Origin: a virus
Lineage: Duplodnaviria > Heunggongvirae > Uroviricota > Caudoviricetes
Direction: 5' to 3' (one strand)
Length of the DNA: 32,028 nt
IMG/VR virus record: IMGVR_UViG_3300008111_001458
The notes under the pieces are model-generated. The model was given only the letters and a program-made list of their open reading frames with translations. It did no database searches and had not been told where the DNA came from. Positions 8,613-16,967 of this stretch are shown piece by piece; positions within the stretch are counted from its first letter, which is position 1; every line of letters starts with the position of its first letter. The position numbers and the translations under genes are program-made.

Positions 8613-9489
8613 TATTTTTATTTCCTGTATATTTTGCCTTAGATGGTTTGTGAGTGTAATGCAATCGTTCGAGCTCGTGAAAGTCGTTGCTCACAAACAC
8701 AGACAAGTCTTTAGGAATTTGGTGATAACTTTCTACTTTGTTGTAAAGAAAGTCAGTTGCCTCATTCATTAACTTGTTATGATAGTTATCATCTATTGTA
8801 TCTAGATGGTTTAGAATCCGGCTAATAAAAGGATCTTCGCGTGTTTGAATCATAGCAATTTCAGCCATGGTCATGTTGTTGGCAGGAACAAAGCCTTTGT
8901 CATTTCGCCAACACAATACACTGGTATCCATTTTAGCATAACGCCAAAACGGACGATGATTAGTATTTTCGTGAGAGCCACTGTCATTACGTTCTTCATT
9001 CATAATAGTAGCAACAACAGTGTTGGCAAGGATCCATTTAGCAACATCAGTTGCCTTATTCATATTTTCGCTTAGGATAGCCTCTACTAGTTCTTCACGA
9101 CGTTGACGATTTTGTACTGTATGTTCGCAGTGATAAAACTCGCTGAATCGTCCTTGTGGTTGACCGTTGATCATCATGTGGCTGAGAGCACGAGCACTGA
9201 TAAAAATAGAACCCCAATTGCCTTCTGTAGATTTAAGACCGTAGGTATCTGCTGCTTGTCGCAGAGCATAATCTACGCTAGATGTATTTTGATTAGATAC
9301 ACCGTGCCAACCTTGGCCACTGATGTGTTCACGGTAGTAGGCATTGTCTCGTGCCTTATCCATATCGCCATTTAAAAGATTAATGACTTCTTTATAGCCA
9401 TTAGTCATAACTAGAATACGGGCACAGATTCCCAGCAGTTTTTCTGCAACAAGTTTTGGATCTGCTTTAAGACGTTTTTCTAAGTTCAT
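8590..9489 (-). CDS. hypothetical protein, possible His-Me finger nuclease-like
   Basis: 299-aa ORF with HCEH and later TIMNEE...PFWRY; function uncertain. Confidence 0.45.
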   Translation of the reverse strand: MNLEKRLKADPKLVAEKLLGICARILVMTNGYKEVINLLNGDMDKARDNAYYREHISGQGWHGVSNQNTSSVDYALRQAADTYGLKSTEGNWGSIFISARALSHMMINGQPQGRFSEFYHCEHTVQNRQRREELVEAILSENMNKATDVAKWILANTVVATIMNEERNDSGSHENTNHRPFWRYAKMDTSVLCWRNDKGFVPANNMTMAEIAMIQTREDPFISRILNHLDTIDDNYHNKLMNEATDFLYNKVESYHQIPKDLSVFVSNDFHELERLHYTHKPSKAKYTGNKNNEKLSMA

Positions 9490-9518
9490 TTAGAATCTCA
9501 TTAGTTACTATAAAATAC

Positions 9519-9547
9519 ATTATAGCATCTAATGAGATTTTTGTCAA
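9519..9547 (-). promoter_or_regulatory. consensus sigma70 promoter with extended -10
   Basis: TTGACA (9547-9542), 17 nt, TATAAT (9524-9519) preceded by TGc; lies inside a 21-bp hairpin. Confidence 0.85.
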
Positions 9548-10062
9548 ACACCCAAATAATCAGCCCAACTTGGATGACGTAAATTGAATCCTTTGACTCT
9601 ACGTTTCTCAGCCAATTCCCAGTAATCTGGTTTATAGGGTGTAGTTTTTGGTTTGTGCTTGCCTACATGAGCAGCCTTGCGATAGTTGCAGGATTTACAT
9701 GCTGTAGTTAGATTTAACCAAGAGCTTGTACCACCATGACTAATTGGATGCACGTGATCTAATGTGGCTGTTTGTTCATTCACATCAGTTCCGCAGTATT
9801 GACAAGTATAACGATCTCGTAAGAATACGTTTCGTTTGGTTAAACGAACGATATGCTTTTTCTTGTAGTACTCGTTTAATAGTAGTACAGCAGGCACACG
9901 AGTTTCCCAACGTGCAGATCTTACGATCCAATCGTCGTGCCAATCTAATACTCTGGCTTTTTCCAAAACCATGTAGCGGATAGCTTCTTGCCAATCGCAG
10001 GTAGACAACGGTAAAAGACTTACCGGCTGAGCATCTGCGTTTAATATTAATGTATCTGACAT
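9544..10062 (-). CDS. HNH endonuclease (McrA-like)
   Basis: LNAD..P N-terminus, VFLRDRYTCQYCG, TLDHVHPISHGG.SSWLNLTTACKSCNYRK. Confidence 0.92.
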   Translation of the reverse strand: MSDTLILNADAQPVSLLPLSTCDWQEAIRYMVLEKARVLDWHDDWIVRSARWETRVPAVLLLNEYYKKKHIVRLTKRNVFLRDRYTCQYCGTDVNEQTATLDHVHPISHGGTSSWLNLTTACKSCNYRKAAHVGKHKPKTTPYKPDYWELAEKRRVKGFNLRHPSWADYLGV

Positions 10063-10118
10063 GTTGTTTTGAATGGTTACAAACGTTATTTAAGTCTTAA
10101 AATATACATTCTTTTTGC

Positions 10119-10147
10119 TTGACTTGCAAGATGATTTTGCATAAAAT
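10119..10147 (+). promoter_or_regulatory. sigma70-type promoter of epimerase-clpP
   Basis: TTGACT, 17 nt, TAAAAT; ATG follows after 6 nt. Confidence 0.7.
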
Positions 10148-10153
10148 AAACAA

Positions 10154-11095
10154 ATGAAGCGTATCTTAATTACAGGGGCGGCCGGGTTCTTGGGTAGAAA
10201 TTTAACCCATTATCTCAAAGACAAGTACGAATTAGTTTTAGTAGACCAAGACCCAGAACACTGGACTAACTTTCAGTTAGAACCGCATGACTCAAATATT
10301 AGAATTGAAGTAGCAGATCTTCACGAAGACCTGTTTATATATGTTGCTCTGTTGCAGGATGTAGACGCTGTTATTCATTGTGCCAATAGAGCAAGAATTG
10401 ATCCTAGCTGGTTAGAGTATCAACAATATTATCAAACTAACATTGGCGACACTCAAAAGTTTTTTCAATTGTGTCAAGAACACAATATTAAAAAGTTTAT
10501 CTATATCAGTTCTAGTTCAGTCTATGGTAACAATGGACAAGAAATACAAACAGAAGATGGTCAGTTAAATCCCAGCAGTCCATACGCAGTCAGCAAATTA
10601 GCAGCAGAATGGGCACTTCGTGTTCAAAGTCAAAAGGCATGGATAACTGAATTAATTATTGCAAGACCATTTACCATGTATGGTGCATATATGGATTACA
10701 GTGACCGTGCTTTAATGATACCAAGATACATGAAGTCTTTGGTAGATGGACATCCTTTATTTTTACACGGTGATGGTGCCCAACGTAGAGACTTTGTTCA
10801 TGCATCTGATGCAGTTCAAGCTATAGAACTGTTAATAGAAAAAGGACAGCGCGATGAGATTTATAATATTGGATCAGGAACATCGACAAGTGTTAAAGAA
10901 ATAGCAGATGTTGTAAGCATGAAACAGATTAAGGTTCCTGATAGATTAGGACAGGTCAAGTCTACTCTAGCAGATATATCAAAGTTACAGCAGTTAGGTT
11001 ATGTACCAAAAGTAAATGTAATTAATTGGATTACCAATCAAGTTGAACAATTTAACAAAAGGAAACAAAATGAGTCTAGTACCAGTAGTAGTTGA
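10154..11095 (+). CDS. NAD-dependent epimerase/dehydratase (extended SDR)
   Basis: [25 protein letters not shown] (YxxxK), [24 protein letters not shown]. Confidence 0.93.
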   Translation: MKRILITGAAGFLGRNLTHYLKDKYELVLVDQDPEHWTNFQLEPHDSNIRIEVADLHEDLFIYVALLQDVDAVIHCANRARIDPSWLEYQQYYQTNIGDTQKFFQLCQEHNIKKFIYISSSSVYGNNGQEIQTEDGQLNPSSPYAVSKLAAEWALRVQSQKAWITELIIARPFTMYGAYMDYSDRALMIPRYMKSLVDGHPLFLHGDGAQRRDFVHASDAVQAIELLIEKGQRDEIYNIGSGTSTSVKEIADVVSMKQIKVPDRLGQVKSTLADISKLQQLGYVPKVNVINWITNQVEQFNKRKQNESSTSSS

Positions 11096-11660
11096 GTCTA
11101 CCAGCAAAGGTGAGCGTGCCTATGATATCTATAGTCGTTTGCTCAAAGAGCGTATTGTCATGCTCAACGGCCCAGTTGAAGACATGATGAGTAATTTAAT
11201 TGTAGCTCAAATATTATTCTTAGAATCGGAAGATCCTAAGAAAGAAATCAATCTTTTTATTAACAGTCCCGGAGGAGTTGTAACAGCAGGCATGGCTATC
11301 TACGATGTTATGCAATTTGTTAAATGCGATATTGCTACCTATGTTATGGGACAGGCCTGTTCAATGGGTAGTTTGTTAGCACAGTCAGGAGCACCGGGTA
11401 AACGTTTTATGTTACCTAATGCTCGTCATATGATTCATCAACCTTCGGGAGGTGCAAGAGGTCAAGCCACTGACATGCAGATTCAAGTTGAAGAAATCTT
11501 AAAGATGAAAAAAGAACTTACTGGAATCTATGTTAAACATAACAGCAAAGGCAAAACATTTGAACAGCTAACAGCTGACATGGAACGTGATAAGTTTATG
11601 TCAGCACAAGAAGCTCTTGACTACGGATTAATTGATAAGATTATTGATAAACGTCCTTAA
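11070..11660 (+). CDS. clpP: ATP-dependent Clp protease proteolytic subunit
   Basis: [30 protein letters not shown] (catalytic Ser), MIHQPSGG (His), [19 protein letters not shown] (Asp); AAGGA RBS supports start 11070. Confidence 0.97.
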   Translation: MSLVPVVVESTSKGERAYDIYSRLLKERIVMLNGPVEDMMSNLIVAQILFLESEDPKKEINLFINSPGGVVTAGMAIYDVMQFVKCDIATYVMGQACSMGSLLAQSGAPGKRFMLPNARHMIHQPSGGARGQATDMQIQVEEILKMKKELTGIYVKHNSKGKTFEQLTADMERDKFMSAQEALDYGLIDKIIDKRP

Positions 11661-12834
11661 GAGCAGTTATCAAATTACTCATCATTGAGTCATCATGAAA
11701 CGGAGTAGGTGCGAAACGTAACCGCTCCGTTCCCACATCAACCGTAGGATAGTTAATGGCCTGCACATAAATGTTAAATTCATCTAACAATTTATCACTC
11801 ATTTTTTTAGCACGTTTAGCATCACCAACTAACAACGGAACAATATGAGTAGTAGAGCAGGTCATTAAGGGCAGTTCATTTTCTTTAAACAGTTGTTTGA
11901 GTTTACCAGCTCTTTCTTGATGTTTAACACGAACTTCGTTATGATCCTTAAGCCATTTAACTGCTGCCAGTGCACCTGCACAGGCCACTGGCGACATTGA
12001 AGTTGTAAAGATAAATCCTGCTGCCACTGAACGAATAGCATCAACGACATCAGCATCGGCAGCAATATAACCACCTTGGACTCCAAACGCCTTGCCTAGG
12101 GTTCCATTGATTATATCAATCCTAGACTCTAGTCCGAGTTCTTCTACTTTTCCACCTCCGTGGGTTCCGTAGAGTCCTACCGCATGTACTTCGTCGATGT
12201 AAGTGATAGCATTGTATTTGTCTGCTAGGTCACAAATCTCTTTAATCAGTCCAACGTCGCCATCCATTGAGTAAACTGATTCAAACACAATACAGGGTAT
12301 CTGTCCTGATATGGTTACATTGGCTAACTTATCTTCTAGGTCTTGTAGATCATTGTGTTTGAAAATACTCTTGCTGGCTTTGCTGTGACTAATACCTACA
12401 ATTAAACTGTTATGATTATTAGCATCACTGATAAAATGTATGTTAGGAATAATCTTTGATAATGCTATCAAAGTCCATTCGTTGGCCACATAAGCTGAGC
12501 TGAACAATAACGCTTTACTCTTATTATGCAGCATGGCTAGTTCATGTTCCAAGGCCACATGATAGTGACTGTGTCCGCCAATATTGCGTGTACCTCCTGA
12601 ACCTGCTCCTGTTTGATCTAAGGCTGTGTGCATAGCATCCAGAACTACTTTGTGTTGACCCATACCTAGATAATCGTTTGAGCACCAATTTACTATGGTT
12701 TTGATATTATACGGGCCGTACCAAATTGCTCGTGGAAATTGCCCTCGTTCACGCACAATGTCGTTAAACACACGATATTTGCCCGTGTCCTTGAGATCTA
12801 GGATAAGTTTTTTAAAAGGTTCTTTGTTAATCAT
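11641..12834 (-). CDS. hemA: 5-aminolevulinate synthase (PLP-dependent, Shemin pathway)
   Basis: [48 protein letters not shown] (PLP Lys), [21 protein letters not shown]. The GTRNI motif favours ALAS over BioF/KBL. Confidence 0.92.
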   Translation of the reverse strand: MINKEPFKKLILDLKDTGKYRVFNDIVRERGQFPRAIWYGPYNIKTIVNWCSNDYLGMGQHKVVLDAMHTALDQTGAGSGGTRNIGGHSHYHVALEHELAMLHNKSKALLFSSAYVANEWTLIALSKIIPNIHFISDANNHNSLIVGISHSKASKSIFKHNDLQDLEDKLANVTISGQIPCIVFESVYSMDGDVGLIKEICDLADKYNAITYIDEVHAVGLYGTHGGGKVEELGLESRIDIINGTLGKAFGVQGGYIAADADVVDAIRSVAAGFIFTTSMSPVACAGALAAVKWLKDHNEVRVKHQERAGKLKQLFKENELPLMTCSTTHIVPLLVGDAKRAKKMSDKLLDEFNIYVQAINYPTVDVGTERLRFAPTPFHDDSMMSNLITALKDVYQ

Positions 12835-12840
12835 AGTCCC

Positions 12841-12858
12841 ATATTTACCGCTAAATAT
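12841..12858. promoter_or_regulatory. back-to-back late-type promoters
   Basis: ATATTTA-ccgc-TAAATAT gives TAAATA on each strand, between hemA (-) and the 12876 operon (+). Confidence 0.7.
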
Positions 12859-12875
12859 TTGATCGGAGATTTGGA

Positions 12876-13127
12876 ATGGATATTGTAAAATTAGACGTGC
12901 CTTTGTTTATAAGGCTTTTAGAACTAGCCCGTGAAGATGTAAAACAAGATGCAGATCTGCATGATATAGCAGAAGCAGTTATTAAACTAAGTCAGGACGG
13001 ACCTGTTACAATGGCAGATTACGATACTATTGTATCCTTTATGAAAGGGCAGGGAGATCCAGCTCCGGAAAAACCTGCAGGATCTTTTGATGAATTAAAC
13101 AGAATTAGAAAACTTGGAGGTCTATAA
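12876..13127 (+). CDS. hypothetical late protein (83 aa)
   Basis: GGAG RBS; TAATG-coupled to the next gene. Confidence 0.7.
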   Translation: MDIVKLDVPLFIRLLELAREDVKQDADLHDIAEAVIKLSQDGPVTMADYDTIVSFMKGQGDPAPEKPAGSFDELNRIRKLGGL

Positions 13128-13549
13128 TGGCCAATATTACTATTTCTGTTCAGAGTTTTTTAAATTCAGCTAACAATCTAAGTATTACTATTGACGATGG
13201 TCAAACTGTGGCTCAATTAAAAACTGCTGTCAATGCAGCAGAAGGTACCCCAGTAGACATAATGGATTTATTTTTAAGTGGAACAAAATTAACTGACGCC
13301 ACAACACTAGTGGCTAGTGGAATGATTGCAGGATCTTACATAAAGACTTCTAATAATCTAACTCAGACCGGTCTTTGGACCAAACAACAAAGACAGGATT
13401 ACAAATTGCAAATTGCTGCTTTAAGAAGAGCAGCAACTAGTCGTCGTTCAACATACGATATTAATGAATTACCGAATCCATATAACGGAAATGATACAGC
13501 TCCAGATGACGGAGCATCAACGCTGACCCTTGGTCGCCCTTGGAGTTAA
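13127..13549 (+). CDS. ubiquitin-like (beta-grasp) domain protein with C-terminal extension
   Basis: Ungapped manual alignment to ubiquitin residues 22-69 gives 13/48 identities, including EGxPxDxxxLxxxGxxLxDxxTL; no terminal GG. Confidence 0.75.
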   Translation: MANITISVQSFLNSANNLSITIDDGQTVAQLKTAVNAAEGTPVDIMDLFLSGTKLTDATTLVASGMIAGSYIKTSNNLTQTGLWTKQQRQDYKLQIAALRRAATSRRSTYDINELPNPYNGNDTAPDDGASTLTLGRPWS

Positions 13550-13552
13550 TTA

Positions 13553-14905
13553 ATGGGCGTTCGTAATAAAAATTCAACAAACTACGTCCACGCAGACGAG
13601 CCCAATATTTTAAATCTCCATAAGGCTATGGAGTACAATGCTATTGGGCAACCTGTACTACGTGCCAACGTTAACCTAGTAGGCTCAGGCGAAGGTTCTG
13701 GAGTCAGTTCCAGCATAGACAGTAAAGGTCGTCTCAAAGTACAGACACAACAGACTATATTCTTCAACACATTCCAGTATGGTAAAGAAACTGATGTGTG
13801 GGATGAGAGCGCAGTCAACGGAGCCTCCGCAGTATTTGACACTTCATTTAGTCAAATACGCATGGAGGTGACAAATCAACTGGGATCCAAGGTCATACGA
13901 CAAACCCGCAACGTTCAACGTTATACTCCAGGCCGCACACAGAGTGTGGCATTCGCTATTAGGTTAGATACACCAACAACTGGCATCCGTCGTAGGTTTG
14001 GAATGTTTGATGGCACTGATGGATTTTTCTTTGAAGACTGTGGAACTGTTGATCCAGTAACAGGTGAGCCACAGTATGCCTGTGTGATTATCAACAGTGA
14101 TGGTGCTACACCCACAGTGGAAAGAATCTATCGCAAAGACTGGAACGGCGATAAACTAGATGGTAACGGTCCCAGCGGTCTCACAGCAGATCCTCAAGCA
14201 CAGCAGTTAGTCATGATGGATTACGAATGGTATGGTGCTGGACAGGTATCGTTTATGTTTGTGATGAACGGCTTGCCCAGAGTTATACACACCTTTAACC
14301 ACGGTAATAGACTACAGAGTCCTTGGGCGAAAACTCCATTCTTGCCCATCAGACTGGAGATAGAAAATCTCACTGGAGCCGCGGGCACACACTATCTATG
14401 GCAGGGCAGTAATAGTATTCTAGCAGAAGGATCGGTTGAAAAACTAGGCATCGCTGAAAGTATTCTAACACCGTTAACTGGTATCAACATGCCCTTGTCC
14501 AACACATTCTATCCCGTAGTCAGTATTAGAATAAAAAGCACAGCATTAACAGGCATTGTTATACCTACTTACTTCCAAGCAGGCACTGTAGACAACACTG
14601 ACATTTACTTTAAACTTATACGCAATGCCACAGTAAACGGCACGTGGGTGGATCATCCAGATCCCAATGCTTTCACACAGTACAACTATACTTCAACGGG
14701 TGCTATCACAGACGGTGTTGAACTGTCAGCAGGTATCATTACAGCAGGCGGCGGTGCCGCACAGATTAGAGTGGACACCGACACAGTTTATCAAATTGGT
14801 CGAAGTAATTTAGGCACAGTCAGCGATAACTTAACCTTGGCTATCGCTGCCAAGAATGCCAACAAGAATGCTGTGGCCACAATGACTTGGATTGAACAGA
14901 GATGA
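13553..14905 (+). CDS. probable virion structural protein (beta-rich)
   Basis: DSKGRLKV, RYTPGR, RRRFGMFD..DGFFFE, DYEWYGAG motifs resemble structural proteins of T4-like phages (recognised from memory, not searched). Confidence 0.6.
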   Translation: MGVRNKNSTNYVHADEPNILNLHKAMEYNAIGQPVLRANVNLVGSGEGSGVSSSIDSKGRLKVQTQQTIFFNTFQYGKETDVWDESAVNGASAVFDTSFSQIRMEVTNQLGSKVIRQTRNVQRYTPGRTQSVAFAIRLDTPTTGIRRRFGMFDGTDGFFFEDCGTVDPVTGEPQYACVIINSDGATPTVERIYRKDWNGDKLDGNGPSGLTADPQAQQLVMMDYEWYGAGQVSFMFVMNGLPRVIHTFNHGNRLQSPWAKTPFLPIRLEIENLTGAAGTHYLWQGSNSILAEGSVEKLGIAESILTPLTGINMPLSNTFYPVVSIRIKSTALTGIVIPTYFQAGTVDNTDIYFKLIRNATVNGTWVDHPDPNAFTQYNYTSTGAITDGVELSAGIITAGGGAAQIRVDTDTVYQIGRSNLGTVSDNLTLAIAAKNANKNAVATMTWIEQR

Positions 14906-15327
14906 TCTACAGAAAATATATAAACATCGTAGAAGCAGCCAACAAAGGTTGTCCTATTGCTACCTACGACATAGACGTCAACCTAAAGAATCGTCAGAAG
15001 GCCATTGATGATTATCACTACGGCCCTGCTAATCCTGAGGAGCCAGAATCATATTGGAAGGATGCCGCAAAACGATGGGATATTACAGAAAAGACTGCTC
15101 GTACAATGCTGTGCGGTAACTGTGCGGCTTTTGATGTATCAGACAAAATGTGGACATGTATTGAAGATGGTATCAAAGGTGATGAAAAATCTGCAGATGC
15201 TATGGCCACAATCCACAAAGCAGACTTAGGCTACTGCAACTTCCTACACTTCAAATGCGCCGGAGATCGTTCCTGCACAGCGTGGGTCACTGGCGGAGCA
15301 ATAGATGACAAGGATCGTACAGAATGA
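14902..15327 (+). CDS. Cys-rich protein, HiPIP-like Cys pattern
   Basis: 7 Cys: CGNC...GYC-x6-C-x5-CTAW; N-terminal IVE-A motif. Confidence 0.55.
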   Translation: MIYRKYINIVEAANKGCPIATYDIDVNLKNRQKAIDDYHYGPANPEEPESYWKDAAKRWDITEKTARTMLCGNCAAFDVSDKMWTCIEDGIKGDEKSADAMATIHKADLGYCNFLHFKCAGDRSCTAWVTGGAIDDKDRTE

Positions 15328-15716
15328 AAATACAAGATGTAGTTTCTGAAGGCAAGTTTAGATCTAGAGACATCGAGGATTATAAACCCGATAATGAAAA
15401 ACTCAACGATCTAAAAAGCAAATATCTTCCAGACTGGGAAATGTTAGATCATAAAACTCTACAAGCCAAATACGTTGCTAAGGATCACAGACATGCCTTA
15501 TCATTTGTAAAATTCATTAATGGTCTTTCGGAACGTATGGATCATTTTGCAGAAGTTACACAGGATGTTGCAGAAGTCACAGTAAAGACTACTACATTTG
15601 ATGTCAAAGGGTTAACTGTATTAGATTTTAAACTGGCAATGAAAGTTGATCGTTACGCTGAAAAGAATGACATAGAACAAGTGCGTATGCAGGGCAACTT
15701 TGGTATGCATGAATAA
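15324..15716 (+). CDS. pterin-4-alpha-carbinolamine dehydratase (PCD/PhhB)-fold protein, divergent active site
   Basis: LPDW...ALSFV...SERMDHF...VTVKTTTFDVKGLTVLDFKLA..VD matches the PCD pattern, but HHP is DHF and THD is TFD. Confidence 0.75.
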   Translation: MKIQDVVSEGKFRSRDIEDYKPDNEKLNDLKSKYLPDWEMLDHKTLQAKYVAKDHRHALSFVKFINGLSERMDHFAEVTQDVAEVTVKTTTFDVKGLTVLDFKLAMKVDRYAEKNDIEQVRMQGNFGMHE

Positions 15717-15727
15717 GGGAGCGAATA

Positions 15728-15862
15728 ATGGAAAAGGAATCAATTTGTAATTATTGTAAACATCAAGCACATTGCGGACAAAGTTGCTTAGACGAAAGTT
15801 GCGACCATTGTTCAGAATGCGCCTGCGATCATTGTCAAGCAGAATCTACTAGAGAAGAATAA
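15728..15862 (+). CDS. metallothionein-like Cys/His-rich peptide (44 aa; not in ORF track)
   Basis: AAGGGAG RBS; MEKESICNYCKHQAHCGQSCLDESCDHCSECACDHCQAESTREE (9 Cys, 4 His); TAATG-coupled to the next gene. Confidence 0.75.
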   Translation: MEKESICNYCKHQAHCGQSCLDESCDHCSECACDHCQAESTREE

Positions 15863-16482
15863 TGTTTCGTAGACATCAAATTACATTGATGTCAAATCCG
15901 TCCTGTAATAAAAAAATTGAAAATTTAGAATTGACAGATTTTCAATACTACGATAAAGATGGATTTGAATTAAATCGCGCAGAACGTAAATTTTACGCTG
16001 CAATGAAATATCCTATTGATAATCCTATATTGAATCATACCTGTTGGCAAGAACCGTGGTTTGAATTAGAAAAAGACAATTTAAATTTAATATTAGATCA
16101 CAGTATATTTCTTTGTAAATGTAAGTTTGATGGTGAGGCAGAACAACAACTTAGAAGGTTAAAAGAATCAATTCCTCAAGCTGATTTATTATTAAGAACT
16201 AAACAAAAGTGGGGTTTTGATTTTGCGTTAGATGCAGTGCGTGATGGAACAGTGTTTGAGGTTCTGCATATAGAATACGATCATTACAACTATGATATTT
16301 TTAAGAATCGTATGATTAATTTTGAATGGACAGTGCGGCATACTGATTGGCGTGACGCTGCTGATCGTATATGGTCAGTCAGAGACCAATGGCAAGGTCT
16401 ACAAGGATTTGATCAAAATCACTGGAAAGCTAACTTTTTATTAGGTTGGACCAAAGCTGAATTTACAGAGAAAAGCGTATAA
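15862..16482 (+). CDS. hypothetical protein (206 aa, aromatic-rich)
   Basis: Coupled ORF; no recognised family. Confidence 0.65.
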   Translation: MFRRHQITLMSNPSCNKKIENLELTDFQYYDKDGFELNRAERKFYAAMKYPIDNPILNHTCWQEPWFELEKDNLNLILDHSIFLCKCKFDGEAEQQLRRLKESIPQADLLLRTKQKWGFDFALDAVRDGTVFEVLHIEYDHYNYDIFKNRMINFEWTVRHTDWRDAADRIWSVRDQWQGLQGFDQNHWKANFLLGWTKAEFTEKSV

Positions 16483-16485
16483 ATA
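16478..16485 (+). promoter_or_regulatory. T4-type late promoter
   Basis: Exact TATAAATA upstream of the nuclease gene. Confidence 0.75.
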
Positions 16486-16508
16486 CAGCTATTATTAGTG
16501 AGGTTTTC

Positions 16509-16967
16509 ATGTTTAAAGAAAAACTATTCCTAGCTATGCTAGGATTTTTGCTGTTTTTTCCACTTAGCAAAGCAGCTTTTGCACAAAAAGCACCACAAGG
16601 TGTTACGTATGACGCACAAATTTTAAGGGTAAGCGACGGTGACACTATTGTTATCAGTGCACCATTTCTTCCTAAGCCGCTCAAACCAGAACTTGCAGTT
16701 AGAATCTACGGAGTTGACACTCCAGAAAAAGGCCACAGAGCTCAGTGCCCAAGTGAGGCTCAGCGAGGGGAAGCAGCCTCAGCATTTACCAAAAACGCAG
16801 TAGCTACTACTCAAAAACATCAGGTTACGCTTTACGCCTGGGATAAGTTTGGTGGTCGTGTACTGGGAGATATCATTCTAAATGGTGTTAGTCTACGTGC
16901 CGAACTAATTAAAAATGGGTTTGCCCGTGAGTACTACGGCGAAGCCAAACAAAGTTGGTGTCAATAA
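16509..16967 (+). CDS. thermonuclease (SNase-like) with N-terminal signal/anchor
   Basis: VSDGDTI, RIYGVDTPE, DKFGGRVLG, ELIKNGFA motifs; hydrophobic N-terminus. Confidence 0.9.
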   Translation: MFKEKLFLAMLGFLLFFPLSKAAFAQKAPQGVTYDAQILRVSDGDTIVISAPFLPKPLKPELAVRIYGVDTPEKGHRAQCPSEAQRGEAASAFTKNAVATTQKHQVTLYAWDKFGGRVLGDIILNGVSLRAELIKNGFAREYYGEAKQSWCQ

